Positions 1-9,949 of a stretch of DNA of 64,000 nt are shown here, one piece after another (the first letter of the stretch is position 1; each line of letters opens with the position of its first letter). The position numbers and the translations under genes are program-made. Source of the stretch: Candidatus Omnitrophota bacterium (GTDB lineage Bacteria > Omnitrophota > Omnitrophia > Omnitrophales > Aquincolibacteriaceae); contig JBDRCT010000033.1 in NCBI GenBank assembly GCA_043821445.1, forward strand, positions 5,391 through 69,390, given 5' to 3'. A model generated the notes under the pieces. The model had not been told where the DNA came from. It saw only the letters and a program-made list of their open reading frames with translations, and made no database searches.

Positions 1-180
1 CATCTCAGGCATAGCAATATCCAACAGAATAAGATCGGGCTGCCACATCTTTGCTTTTTCAAGAGCGCTTATGCCATCCGTTGCGATCTCGACAAGAAAT
101 CCGCGCGATGCGACACGGACCTTCAAGAGCGTCACCACCACAGGCTCATCATCCACAATCAGGATCTTTTTGGGCGCCAT
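1..180 (-). CDS. response regulator receiver-domain protein (N-terminal part only; gene runs off the window start)
   Basis: Minus-strand ATG at 178-180 preceded by AAGGAGG; translation MAPKKILIVDDEPVVVTLLKVRVASRGFLVEIATDGISALEKAKMWQPDLILLDIAMPEM has the CheY-like receiver layout (DD...D...K spacing). Confidence 0.7.
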   Translation of the reverse strand, partial: MAPKKILIVDDEPVVVTLLKVRVASRGFLVEIATDGISALEKAKMWQPDLILLDIAMPEM

Positions 181-183
181 GAT

Positions 184-264
184 CCCTCCTTAATTAAAAA
201 ATAAATCGAAAATTGGGACATTTCAAATCGCCGTTCGGAAAAAGAAAATAAAACTCGGGCGCCA
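184..264 (+). repeat. ~75-bp hairpin element, family CTCCTTAATTAAAAAA...AATTGGGAC...GCCCAAGTC...GACTTGGGCG (copy a, degenerate)
   Basis: Abuts the RBS/start codon of the response-regulator gene; 12-bp direct repeat GGGCGCCATGAT at 172-183 and ~253-264. Confidence 0.55.
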
Positions 265-327
265 TGATTCTTTTCAAATCTTGTTCTAAAGCCCCTCCAG
301 TAGGTTTCGGAATCCTCCTCCATAAAC

Positions 328-1002
328 TTAAAGCCTATTTCCAGCCCTTCGGGGGGCTGCTTTATATGCTGAGGGACACAAATCTTGAATCTCACAATGC
401 CAACAATCCGGCCGCCGGGCAAAACAACGGACACGGCCATGATGAATGATCAGATGCGCATAGAGCGTCCAATCCTTTTCCGGCACTAACTCCATCAAAT
501 CGAATTCGATCCTCACGGGATCCACGTGGCGCGTCGCCCCCAACAAACGATTGATGCGGATCATATGCGTATCCACCGGGATCCCGGGGATCCCGAAAGC
601 GTTCCCCAAAATGACATTGGCCGTCTTCCGGCCCACTCCCGGGATCGTAATGAGATCTTCCATCCGGGCCGGTACTTCTCCGCCAAATTTTTCAAGGATC
701 GCCTTCGCGGCGCCAAGAATATTCCTGGTCTTGTTCCTGTAAAAGCCCGTGCTCCGAACCGCTTTCTCAACCACCCCAGGATCCGCGGCTGCAAAGGCAC
801 ACATGTTTGGATACTTTTTAAAAAGAGCCGGCGTTACCCGATTCACGAGCTTATCAGTGCACTGGGCGGAAAGAACCGCCGCCACCAGAAGCTCCCACGG
901 TGTCCGAAAATAAAGGGCGCACCGGGTATCCGGATAAGACTTACGCAACCGGAGAAATATCGTACGCACGCGCCTTTTTTTGTCCGCAAATGTCTCTTTC
1001 AT
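328..1002 (-). CDS. nth: endonuclease III (DNA glycosylase/AP lyase)
   Basis: ORF 328..1023 trimmed to MKETFADKKRR; HhH-GPD motif (LITIPGVGRKTANVIL) and C-terminal C-x6-C-x2-C-x5-C [4Fe-4S] cluster loop. Confidence 0.9.
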   Translation of the reverse strand: MKETFADKKRRVRTIFLRLRKSYPDTRCALYFRTPWELLVAAVLSAQCTDKLVNRVTPALFKKYPNMCAFAAADPGVVEKAVRSTGFYRNKTRNILGAAKAILEKFGGEVPARMEDLITIPGVGRKTANVILGNAFGIPGIPVDTHMIRINRLLGATRHVDPVRIEFDLMELVPEKDWTLYAHLIIHHGRVRCFARRPDCWHCEIQDLCPSAYKAAPRRAGNRL

Positions 1003-1076
1003 GGATAATAATATACTACACACAAGCTTTAGTGTTGAAATCTATCCTGACTTTTATTTTCTTTTTTAAAATGGTG

Positions 1077-1128
1077 GTCAGGATTGCCCCAATTTCCACG
1101 CGGTAGAAATTGAAGAGGATTGGGACTC
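1077..1128 (-). repeat. GTCCCAAT(N)...GAAATTGGGGC repeat (family B), intergenic copy
   Basis: Reverse complement reads GAGTCCCAATCCTCTTCAATTTCTACCGCGTGGAAATTGGGGCAATCC; divergent promoter region of nth/adh. Confidence 0.5.
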
Positions 1129-1191
1129 AATGTCATCCGCATTGTCCTCTGTTTATATTTCAAGTATACTTCGCAAAGAGGAAGAATTTTT

Positions 1192-2229
1192 ATGGCAAAG
1201 ATGAAAGCTGTTGTTTTCAAAAAGCATGGTACGACGGCAGAACTTGAAGAAGCTTACGTGCCCATCCCGGAACTCGGGAAAAAGGACGTCCTGATCAAGG
1301 TCAGGGCTTGCGCGCTGAACCATTTGGATCTTTGGACGCTTGCGGGCATGCCCGGCATCAAGATCAGCATGCCGCATATTCTCGGTTGCGATATCGCGGG
1401 CGAAATCGTTGAAAAAGGCAAAAAGGCTCATGGGATCCCGCTTCATAAACCCGTGATCGTCGCGCCCGGCATTTCCTGTGGTAAATGCTCTTACTGCAAA
1501 TCGGGCTGGGACAGCCTTTGCGCCCATTATGAGATCGTCGGATTTCAGAACAATGGCGGGTTCGCGGAATATGTCAAGGTCCCTGCACGGAACATCATCC
1601 CTGTCGCCGGTAATCTTGGCCTGGAATCCTGGGCCGCGGTGCCGCTTGTGTTCTTAACGGCGTGGCATATTCTCGTGACACGGGCCGCTCTCCAGAAAAA
1701 AGAGACGGTGCTTGTTCAAGCCGGCGGAAGCGGGATCGGCAGTGCGGCGATTCAGATCGCAAAACTTCTGGGGGCACGGGTGATCACCACAGTGGGAAGC
1801 GAAGAAAAAGTCAAGCGGGCCAAAGCGCTCGGCGCGGATTCTGTTATCAATTATAAACTAAAAGATTTCCGGACCGAGGTCATGCGCCTGACCCAAAGTG
1901 AAGGCGTTGACGTTCTTTTCGAACATGTCGGAGGCCCCACATTCACCCAAAGCGTGTTGTGCCTCAAGAAAAAAGGCCGGATCGTCACCTGCGGAGCCAC
2001 CACCGGCCGCACCGTTAGTTTTGATCTGCGTTATCTTTTCACGCGCCAGCTTTCCGTCATGGGCTCTTACATGGGCGGCATTCCTGAGCTTCAACGCATC
2101 GTCCGACGCATTCAAGACGGTCGCTTGCGGCCTGTGATCGACCGGATATTCCCGTTGCGGGAAGCGCGCCAGGCCTTGAATCGCATGGCCTCCCGGGAGA
2201 ATTTCGGAAAAATTATTTTAAAACCTTAA
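1192..2229 (+). CDS. zinc-type alcohol dehydrogenase / medium-chain dehydrogenase-reductase family oxidoreductase
   Basis: MAKMKAVVFKKHG...; GHE-like Zn ligand region (CALNHLDL, GCDIAGEI), structural-Zn Cys cluster (CGKCSYCKSGWDSLC), Rossmann motif QAGGSGIGSAAIQ; RBS AAGAGGAAG upstream of ATG 1192. Confidence 0.85.
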   Translation: MAKMKAVVFKKHGTTAELEEAYVPIPELGKKDVLIKVRACALNHLDLWTLAGMPGIKISMPHILGCDIAGEIVEKGKKAHGIPLHKPVIVAPGISCGKCSYCKSGWDSLCAHYEIVGFQNNGGFAEYVKVPARNIIPVAGNLGLESWAAVPLVFLTAWHILVTRAALQKKETVLVQAGGSGIGSAAIQIAKLLGARVITTVGSEEKVKRAKALGADSVINYKLKDFRTEVMRLTQSEGVDVLFEHVGGPTFTQSVLCLKKKGRIVTCGATTGRTVSFDLRYLFTRQLSVMGSYMGGIPELQRIVRRIQDGRLRPVIDRIFPLREARQALNRMASRENFGKIILKP

Positions 2230-2309
2230 CAGCCGGATGGAGAATGACGGAGGACGGATGACGGAAACTTGACATCATCCGCCATCCTCGATCCACGACC
2301 CCTGCTCCC

Positions 2310-3203
2310 ATGAAACGCTCTAGACTTTATCTCTCTGGCATTCAATTGATGTCTCAAAGCGCGGTTTGTTTTTCCATCATGGCGCTTTGCGTCAAATATG
2401 CAAGCGTGTCACTTTCTCCGTTCCAGATCGTTTTTTTCCGGAGTTTTTTTGGTATGCTGATGGTGCTCCCCTTTATCTGGCGCAAAAAAGTACCGCTCTG
2501 GGGTAAAGAACGGTTCAAGTTGACGTCCCGCGGCGTCTGCGGCTTTGGTGCTCTGATCCTTCACTTTTACACCATCGCCAAACTTGATCTCGGGCTTGCA
2601 ATCATGCTCAATTACACGGCGCCCATCTTTACAGTACTCTTCTCTGTTTTCTTCTTGAAGGAGCGCCCGAGCCCCTCCCTTTGCTTTCTGATCCTTTTGT
2701 CTTTCGTCGGAGTGATCCTGCTGAATACCCGTTCCGGCACGGCGTGGAGCCCGGCAGTATGGCTAGCGCTACTCTCCTCGATCTTCGCCGCGCTCGCTTA
2801 TCTTTCGATCCGGACGATCCGGCAACGGGAGTCGCCCTACACCGTGATTTTTTATTTCACGCTAATCTCGACTGTGGGTTCGCTTTTTTTTCTGAAAGAA
2901 TGGAAGTGGCCGGACCTCGGGGCCTGGGGATTGATCGCCGGCGTAGTAATTTTTTCTTTCTTCGGGCAGGTCTGGATGACCACCTCTCTGAGACGCGCAC
3001 CCGCCTACCTGGTCACGCCATTCTCTTACCTTCATCCGGTGCTCTCGTTCGCGTATGGATGGTTGCTATGGGGGGATGCCATCACCTGGATCACTGCGGC
3101 TGGCATCTTCCTGATTGTGGGAAGTGGCTCGCTTATTTCCTACTTTGAAACAAAACGCGAAAAAAAACTCCCGGCATCCTTCGCGAGCGAATCCTGCCTC
3201 TAG
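2310..3203 (+). CDS. EamA/DMT-superfamily transporter
   Basis: 297-aa polytopic membrane protein with two EamA-like halves (~10 TM helices), typical DMT hydrophobic repeats. Confidence 0.75.
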   Translation: MKRSRLYLSGIQLMSQSAVCFSIMALCVKYASVSLSPFQIVFFRSFFGMLMVLPFIWRKKVPLWGKERFKLTSRGVCGFGALILHFYTIAKLDLGLAIMLNYTAPIFTVLFSVFFLKERPSPSLCFLILLSFVGVILLNTRSGTAWSPAVWLALLSSIFAALAYLSIRTIRQRESPYTVIFYFTLISTVGSLFFLKEWKWPDLGAWGLIAGVVIFSFFGQVWMTTSLRRAPAYLVTPFSYLHPVLSFAYGWLLWGDAITWITAAGIFLIVGSGSLISYFETKREKKLPASFASESCL

Positions 3204-3302
3204 CACAGCTTCGAGATTGAAATTGTGAGCGGCACAATTTCAATCTGCTTTATGTGCTGTACCGTTCTCACCGAAAAAATTATAAATGAAACGGTATTAA
3301 GC

Positions 3303-4118
3303 TTACATCTTGGCGTCTTCGACATCCGTTATTTTGAATGCAATGAACATATAAACCAAATTGACCAGGATCATGACCCCGAACGGCAGTGGCAGCTTCC
3401 GAAGAGGCGTCATGATCTGAAACCATGTCAGGGTGAAGGACACGGTCGTAGCAAAACACGTGAGAGAAAGAATAGCTCCGTAACGAAGTTTTTGCTTCCT
3501 CATTATGTTGAACAAAAGCCCGACAAGCGAATAAAGGAGGTCCGCGATCATGATGAAAAAGAAGAACAGGGCGATCATCACGGGCGGAACGATCACAAGC
3601 ATCGTGCTTTTGATAACTCTAAAGAGACCTCCCACGACTTCGCCGGTGATCCGGACCTTGGGCGGCAGTTGTTTCTCTGTCTGGATCCCCGCCTTGGTAA
3701 TATCCCGCTCTTCGATCTGCCCCGGTGCCCGTTTCACAAAAACTTTTGTCGATGTCACAAACAAGGGAGCCTTGTCCATATCCGCTTCACTCGCGGATGT
3801 TTTGGTCATATCAAAGGCAACGACTGGGCCGTACCGGGGATGGGACAAAAGGGCGGTCGTCTGACCATTCTCCAGAGAAATTCCCTCGGGCGTCCAGATT
3901 ACGACCGGCATGGTCTCCTGAGCCCAGGAAACAAATTCATTTGCGACGGGCAACATCCTGCCGAGCATCAAAACCGCGGTCAATACGCCGGCGATCACCG
4001 AAAGATAAAAAACATAAAGCACTCCCTTCCAAGCGGATCTCTTTGCGGCATCATGAAAAACGCGCGGATGGAAAAGCGCGGTAACGGGAGCGAGCCAAAA
4101 AGAGAGGATGTTATTCAT
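3303..4118 (-). CDS. hypothetical integral membrane protein
   Basis: 271-aa ORF with N-terminal and C-terminal TM helices flanking a soluble loop; overlaps greA stop by 8 nt (operon). Confidence 0.5.
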   Translation of the reverse strand: MNNILSFWLAPVTALFHPRVFHDAAKRSAWKGVLYVFYLSVIAGVLTAVLMLGRMLPVANEFVSWAQETMPVVIWTPEGISLENGQTTALLSHPRYGPVVAFDMTKTSASEADMDKAPLFVTSTKVFVKRAPGQIEERDITKAGIQTEKQLPPKVRITGEVVGGLFRVIKSTMLVIVPPVMIALFFFFIMIADLLYSLVGLLFNIMRKQKLRYGAILSLTCFATTVSFTLTWFQIMTPLRKLPLPFGVMILVNLVYMFIAFKITDVEDAKM

Positions 4119-4584
4119 AGTGGATCTCCATGATTTTGAGTTTGATCTTCCCTGCCGGAACTTGAATAATGGTTTCTTCGTTTAAAGATTTTCCCAGTAT
4201 GCCGCGGCCGATCGGCGAGCTCACCGAGATCTTCCCTTCGTCAAAATTCGCTTCATCCTGAGAAACAAGCGTGTAATCAAAAATATCGCCGCTGTCGAGA
4301 TTCTTCACTTTGACTTTAGCGCTCAAATAAGCTTTGTCCTGGGCGATATCCCCTTTATCGAGAATGCGCGCATTCGCGAGACGCGCCTCCAACTGACCGA
4401 TCCGGATCTCCAACTGGTGCTTGGCTTCTTTGGCGGTCTCCCAATCGGCATTTTCGCTGAGATCGCCATGCGCGCGGGCCTTTTCAAGCTGGTCGGCAAC
4501 TTCGCGACGCTTCTTAGTCTTAAGAAAATTCAACTCCTCATAAAGCTTGTCATAGCCTTGCTGCGTCAAGATCACTTTATCCGG
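4111..4584 (-). CDS. greA: transcription elongation factor GreA
   Basis: MPDKVILTQQGYDKLYEELNFLK...GDLSENADWETAKE... classic GreA coiled-coil and FKBP-like C-domain; ORF 4111..4641 trimmed to internal Met. Confidence 0.9.
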   Translation of the reverse strand, partial: PDKVILTQQGYDKLYEELNFLKTKKRREVADQLEKARAHGDLSENADWETAKEAKHQLEIRIGQLEARLANARILDKGDIAQDKAYLSAKVKVKNLDSGDIFDYTLVSQDEANFDEGKISVSSPIGRGILGKSLNEETIIQVPAGKIKLKIMEIHYE

Positions 4585-4670
4585 CATATATAAAATCCTT
4601 TGACGATTTGATTTAATCCGCCAAAGAACCCGGCGGATCAAATTCGCACCTGTAACTTACGTGCCGTAAG

Positions 4671-5756
4671 CTACGTGCTCATTTGATAAGAACTATCCAC
4701 TAAGCAGGGGTCAAACCCTGCATCCGCGGCACATCGGATAAGGTCGTCGGGATTTAACCCTTCGGGAGCATGGCTCCCCGCTTCATGCATGACCTTCTCA
4801 TGAAGATTCGTCCCGCCCATATCATCCGTGCCGAACGAAAGTGCGACTTGAACGAACTTCAAATCCGTCGCCGACCCGTGGACCTTGACGTGGGGGATAT
4901 TATCCAGAAGAAGTCTCGAAATAGAAAGTACTTTTAGGTCTAAAAAACCACTCTCCCGTTCCACGCCTCGGAGCACGTTATTCCCGGAATGATAGGCGAG
5001 CGGCACAAATGCGTAAAATCCTTGCGTTTCATCCTGAAGCTCGCGCAGCTTCAAAAGATGCGACACACGCTGCTCGTCGGTCTCGATGTGCCCGTAAAGC
5101 ATCGTAGCGTTGGTTTTGATCCCCGCTTTATGTGCGATCCGGTGAATCTCGATCCATTTTTCTCCCGATATCTTTTGGGGACAAATTTTAGCCCGCACCT
5201 CGGGATCAAAGATCTCGGCTCCCCCTCCCGGCATCCCGTCTAACCCGGCCGCTTTTAAGCGGCACAGGACCTCGGCCCAGGGAAACCCCGACTGATTGGC
5301 CATAAAATCGATCTCGGAAGCGCTGAACGCTTTAATAAAAATCTCTTTCGATATCCGTCGTATACACCGTATCATCTCCAAATAATAGTCGAACTCAAGC
5401 GCAGGATTATGACCACCCACGATATGGACTTCGTTGATCCGCCGCCGATCGACCGCATCCCGGACTTTTTGTTCGATTGCATCAAGTGTCAGCGTGTAGG
5501 CGCCGGGCGCATCCACATCGCGAGAAAAGGCGCAGAATTCGCAACGAGTCGAGCAAACGTTTGTGGGATTAAGGTGAAGGTTCCGGGCATAAAAAGCATG
5601 CCGGCCATGCATCCGTTCGCGGACCTGATGTGCCATCCGGCCGATCGCAAGAATATCCGTGCTCTTAAAAAGCTGCACGCCATCTTCGAAAGAAAGCCTT
5701 TCCTGATTCTGAACCTTCTGAAAGACATCCTTGATGGGATTTGAAGACCGCTCCAT
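4671..5756 (-). CDS. futalosine-pathway radical SAM enzyme (MqnC/MqnE family; menaquinone biosynthesis)
   Basis: CSTRCEFCAF radical-SAM CxxxCxxC motif with the MqnC/MqnE/CofH-type N-terminal region (ERLSFEDGVQLFKSTDILAIGRMAHQVRE). Confidence 0.75.
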   Translation of the reverse strand: MERSSNPIKDVFQKVQNQERLSFEDGVQLFKSTDILAIGRMAHQVRERMHGRHAFYARNLHLNPTNVCSTRCEFCAFSRDVDAPGAYTLTLDAIEQKVRDAVDRRRINEVHIVGGHNPALEFDYYLEMIRCIRRISKEIFIKAFSASEIDFMANQSGFPWAEVLCRLKAAGLDGMPGGGAEIFDPEVRAKICPQKISGEKWIEIHRIAHKAGIKTNATMLYGHIETDEQRVSHLLKLRELQDETQGFYAFVPLAYHSGNNVLRGVERESGFLDLKVLSISRLLLDNIPHVKVHGSATDLKFVQVALSFGTDDMGGTNLHEKVMHEAGSHAPEGLNPDDLIRCAADAGFDPCLVDSSYQMST

Positions 5757-5765
5757 GGGAAATGT

Positions 5766-6854
5766 TTAAGTTTTGCGGTTCGTGCTTTGCGTTCTGCGCT
5801 TTTCAATTTCTTTGAAAAGTTCGTCGACAAGCTTATCCTCATCGACCACGCGTTCCTGCTTGCCCTCCACGTAGATCATGCCTTTTTTCTGGCCGCCCGT
5901 GATCGCAAAATCCGCCTCTTGCGCCTCACCGGGGCCGTTCACCGCGCATCCCATCACGGCAATGGTAAGAGGTCCCGCAAGCTTCATCGCGCGCGCCTCC
6001 ACTTCCTGAGCGAGTTTGGCGGTATCGATCTCGGTGCGCCCACAAGTCGGACAAGAGATCACTCGCACCCCTTGACGAAGGTTTAAAGATTCAAGGATCA
6101 TCTTTGCGACTTTGACTTCTTCGACAGGATCCGCAGTAAGCGACACGCGGATCGTATCCCCGAGCCCTTCCTGGAGAAGCGTCCCGATCCCGATCGCGTT
6201 ATAAACACTGCCACGGATGAGCGTCCCAGCCTCGGTAACGCCAAGATGCAAGGGATAATTGAACTTCTGGCTTGCCAAGCGATACGCCTCGATCAAAGTC
6301 GGCACATCCGTGGTTTTAAGCGAGATCACGGTATCATGGAAATCCATCGCCTCCAGGATTGCCACATGCCGAAGCGCACTTTCGACCAAAGCCTCGGGGG
6401 TAGGCCCGTATTTTTCCATCAGATCTTTCTCAAGCGACCCGGAGTTCACCCCGATGCGGATCGGAATGTGACACCGCTTGGCTTTTTTCACGACTTCGGC
6501 CACGTGGTCTTTGTCGCCGATATTACCGGGATTCAGGCGCAATTTGTCCACACCTTCGTCGATCGCCATCAAAGCAAAACGATAATTAAAATGAATATCC
6601 GCCACAAGCGGGATCTTGATCCTGGACTTGATCTTCCCGAGGGCCTTGACATCCTCTTCGCCAGGACAGGCGACACGCACAATCTCACAGCCAGACTCGA
6701 CCAGACGGTCGATCTGCTCAAGCGTTGCTTGTACGTTACGCGTCGGGACCTTGGTCATGGACTGGATACGGATCGGCTGGCCGTCACCGAGAATAAGATC
6801 GCCAACTTTGACGGCTCTTGTGCTTTTTCTTTGGATCGTACTTGGCTTTTTCAT
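5766..6854 (-). CDS. ispG: 4-hydroxy-3-methylbut-2-en-1-yl diphosphate synthase
   Basis: Full-length GcpE: [33 protein letters not shown] motifs. Confidence 0.9.
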   Translation of the reverse strand: MKKPSTIQRKSTRAVKVGDLILGDGQPIRIQSMTKVPTRNVQATLEQIDRLVESGCEIVRVACPGEEDVKALGKIKSRIKIPLVADIHFNYRFALMAIDEGVDKLRLNPGNIGDKDHVAEVVKKAKRCHIPIRIGVNSGSLEKDLMEKYGPTPEALVESALRHVAILEAMDFHDTVISLKTTDVPTLIEAYRLASQKFNYPLHLGVTEAGTLIRGSVYNAIGIGTLLQEGLGDTIRVSLTADPVEEVKVAKMILESLNLRQGVRVISCPTCGRTEIDTAKLAQEVEARAMKLAGPLTIAVMGCAVNGPGEAQEADFAITGGQKKGMIYVEGKQERVVDEDKLVDELFKEIEKRRTQSTNRKT

Positions 6855-8254
6855 TTTTTCTTAGAAACCCGTTCCGTTTCTCCCGCCTTGCCCAACGGGT
6901 GCGGCTCGCCGCTTCGCAGGCGGCCTGTTTCCGTTAAACACTGCGAAAGATTCATAGCGCAAAATCCTTCCCCGCACATCGAACAATATTCCGCATGCCG
7001 CGCTTTCCCTTCCGGAAGGCCTTCATCATGCATTTTCTTCGCATTCTCCGGATCAAGCGACAGGGCATATTGCTTTTCCCAATCGAAATCAAATCGAGCC
7101 TTCGCGAGCATGTCATCTCTCTCCCGAACACCCGGCCGGTGGCGCGCAACATCCGCAGCGTGCGCTGCGATCTTATAAGCAATCACACCCTGCTTCACGT
7201 CATCGAGATTCGGAAGTCTCAGATGTTCGCACGGCGTCACGTAACAAAGCATGGCCGCGCCCGCTTGAGCGGCGATCGCCGCACCGATCGCGGAGGTAAT
7301 ATGGTCATACCCAGGCGCGATATCCGTTACAAGCGGCCCTAACACATAAAAAGGTGCGCCGTGGCAAACTTTGATCTGACGCTCAATGTTCATGGGGATC
7401 TGGTCCATCGGCACGTGGCCCGGACCTTCCACCATCACCTGCACGTCCTGCTCCCAGGCCCGTAAGGTCAAAGCCCCGAGCGCATCCAATTCCGCGAACT
7501 GTGCCGCGTCACTCGCATCGGCGAGACACCCCGGACGCATCCCGTCCCCGAGACTGATCGTCACGTCATATTTTTTACAGATCTCAAGTAACCGGGCGAA
7601 GTGCGTAAAAAGAAAATTCTGTTTTTGATGAGCTTTGCACCAGCGCGCGAGGATCGCCCCGCCACGGCTCACCACGCCCGTCACCCGGCTCTCGATGAGG
7701 GGTAGATGTTCCAATAACACTCCTGCGTGAATCGTCATAAAATCCACGCCCTGCCGGGCTTGATGTTCGATCACTTCGAACATGATCTCCGGCGTCAATG
7801 CCTCCGGTTTGCCATTCGCCCGTTCGAGCGCTTCGTAAATCGGCACGGTTCCCACCGGCACCGTGGTCTCACGGAGGATCGCCTCACGCGTTTCATCCAG
7901 CTGTTTTCCAGTCGAAAGATCCATCACGGTATCTGCTCCGAATTTGACCGCGAGCTTCACCTTCTCCACTTCCGTCTGAATGTCCGAACCCAACGAGGAA
8001 TTCCCGAGATTCGCGTTGATCTTGCAGCGAACACCTATTCCGATCCCCACCGGCCGCAGGTCCCGGTGATTTATATTCGCACAAATCACAAGCCGTCCGG
8101 CCGCCACCTCCTCCCGAATAAGCTCCGATGAGAGCCCTTCCTCGACCGCCACGTGGTTCATTTCTTCCGTCACGATCCCCCGGCGAGCGTAGTGCATCTG
8201 AGAACGGTTTGCATCTTTTTCTCTTTTTATCACCCAGGGATCCCGAAAAGCCAT
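6851..8254 (-). CDS. thiC: phosphomethylpyrimidine synthase
   Basis: 467 aa; ThiC hallmarks ([17 protein letters not shown]-terminal CSMCGxxFC cluster motif); overlaps ispG start by 4 nt. Confidence 0.9.
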   Translation of the reverse strand: MAFRDPWVIKREKDANRSQMHYARRGIVTEEMNHVAVEEGLSSELIREEVAAGRLVICANINHRDLRPVGIGIGVRCKINANLGNSSLGSDIQTEVEKVKLAVKFGADTVMDLSTGKQLDETREAILRETTVPVGTVPIYEALERANGKPEALTPEIMFEVIEHQARQGVDFMTIHAGVLLEHLPLIESRVTGVVSRGGAILARWCKAHQKQNFLFTHFARLLEICKKYDVTISLGDGMRPGCLADASDAAQFAELDALGALTLRAWEQDVQVMVEGPGHVPMDQIPMNIERQIKVCHGAPFYVLGPLVTDIAPGYDHITSAIGAAIAAQAGAAMLCYVTPCEHLRLPNLDDVKQGVIAYKIAAHAADVARHRPGVRERDDMLAKARFDFDWEKQYALSLDPENAKKMHDEGLPEGKARHAEYCSMCGEGFCAMNLSQCLTETGRLRSGEPHPLGKAGETERVSKKK

Positions 8255-8280
8255 TTGCCCCTTTCAGATCAGATCAATGC

Positions 8281-9435
8281 TCAATGAAATGCCGTTTCAA
8301 CAACATGGTGGTTCTCGCACCACCACACATCCAATTCCTTGGGAAAATACTTCATCGGCTTTTTTTTAAGCTCGCGAATTGTCACCAGGGCCCGGTAGGG
8401 CCACTTCCCGATACGCCCCTGTATGCGCTGCGCCAAGATCTCAAGCTCCGTCGAAGCGCTAGCACGGACCATTGTGTAAAGTGAGTACGGAAACTCCTTG
8501 AAGACCGGCCGCCGGTCCGCATAAAGCACTTCGCTAAATCCTGCGATCTCGGATCCTACCCGTTCGAGTTTTTCTTCTGGAATCTGCCAAACCACCAAGG
8601 TCCTCGTACCCGAAAGAAAGACCTCGGGTTTTAGAAAGCTTCCGATCCGTTTGAGATATCCTTTTTTCGCTAGCGCCTTTATCCGCTCCAGTGCTTGATC
8701 CTCTGAAATCTCGAGATCCGTAGCAATCTGCCGGTAAGGCGCGTCCGTAAGCGGAAACGGCTCCTGCAATCGCCGGATCATCTCGATCTCTTCCGCTGAA
8801 GGCCAGTCCTTCAGCGCGGCTCCAGTGGGAGCTTGATGCCCCTGTCCGATCCGTACCGTAAAATCTGGAGATCCTACGGCGTGCCGCCTCTCAAAGTGCT
8901 CATCCATGGCCGGAAATGTTTCCGCATCCAAAGAACTCAAAAGATCGGATCCCTTGAACACCTTGCGCACGGGCAGGAATAAGGTCCTCTGAATGCCCGC
9001 AAGTTTTTCAAGACATCTGACATGCAGTTCTAGATCATGACCCGCCGGAACTGTGATAAAAAACCAGAGATTGAACTCATGTTCGCGTTCGCAGCCATAG
9101 ACCACACCCGGATGCCGCCCAAAAACCTCCGCGCAGGATTCGAGTTCTTCAGAGCCGAGCTGCGCCGAAGGCCCATCCTCCGGCGCAGCTTCGCCGGGAG
9201 CTTGACGCTCCGGCCCGGCCCGTACCGCAATCCAGGCGCTTTGATAGTGGAATGCGCGCGGGTTCAGGATGGCCTTAATCCCTGCAAAAATCCCCTCCTG
9301 TTTAAGACGCTGGATACGAACCAGTAGTTCTGCGCTGTCCGTATCGATCTTCGCGGATAAAACATCGAAGGGCCGCAGAGTCAGCGAGAGCCCGTTCTGG
9401 AGATAAGTCAAGAGAAGACGATCTTTTTCATCCAT
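8281..9435 (-). CDS. fused AhbA/AhbB-like siroheme decarboxylase (tandem Lrp/AsnC-type NirD/L/G/H-like domains)
   Basis: Two consecutive NirD-like modules (DEKDRLLLTYLQNGL...; EEIEMIRRLQEPFPLTDAPYRQIA...); ORF 8281..9486 trimmed to MDEKDR. Confidence 0.6.
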   Translation of the reverse strand: MDEKDRLLLTYLQNGLSLTLRPFDVLSAKIDTDSAELLVRIQRLKQEGIFAGIKAILNPRAFHYQSAWIAVRAGPERQAPGEAAPEDGPSAQLGSEELESCAEVFGRHPGVVYGCEREHEFNLWFFITVPAGHDLELHVRCLEKLAGIQRTLFLPVRKVFKGSDLLSSLDAETFPAMDEHFERRHAVGSPDFTVRIGQGHQAPTGAALKDWPSAEEIEMIRRLQEPFPLTDAPYRQIATDLEISEDQALERIKALAKKGYLKRIGSFLKPEVFLSGTRTLVVWQIPEEKLERVGSEIAGFSEVLYADRRPVFKEFPYSLYTMVRASASTELEILAQRIQGRIGKWPYRALVTIRELKKKPMKYFPKELDVWWCENHHVVETAFH

Positions 9436-9567
9436 AGGAGCTATTGTTCGGGACCTCCGGAAGGTTCGCTCAACACCTGGAAGCATGATAACCGAGGGAG
9501 CGTGATTTGTCCATCAACGCAAGTCGCACTCAACGGGAGTAGAAGTCAGAAGATCTCTGAGGAAAAA

Positions 9568-9876
9568 CTAGAGCGCCAGGGCTGCGTATTTGGCGTAAGG
9601 AGCGCTGCCGCGGGCGACATCCACCACCCCGCCCACCACTCCCGTCACGGTCTGAACGGTCCCGCGAACCGCTCCGGTCACGAGCCCGAGAGGAAACATT
9701 ATGCGCCCGGAATCCTGAAACATGGCTTTAGGAATAGCGAACACACTTCCCACGATCTTGCCAACTCCACGCGTGGCGTAGGCAATGTCCTCACCCGTTC
9801 CGGCATAGACAGGAAAAGACGCGAGCAACACGCCAAAAATCAGTAAGAGAGCCGAGAAGGTTTTGAGTTTTTTCAT
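9568..9876 (-). CDS. small secreted protein (signal peptide), unknown function
   Basis: MKKLKTFSALLLIFGVLLASFPVYA signal peptide followed by Gly/Val-rich mature region. Confidence 0.5.
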   Translation of the reverse strand: MKKLKTFSALLLIFGVLLASFPVYAGTGEDIAYATRGVGKIVGSVFAIPKAMFQDSGRIMFPLGLVTGAVRGTVQTVTGVVGGVVDVARGSAPYAKYAALAL

Positions 9877-9949
9877 CGTCGGATACCTTCTTCTACTATC
9901 GGCATTAAAGATTTGAACTTTCGTGGATTTTGGTTATGATAACGCACCT

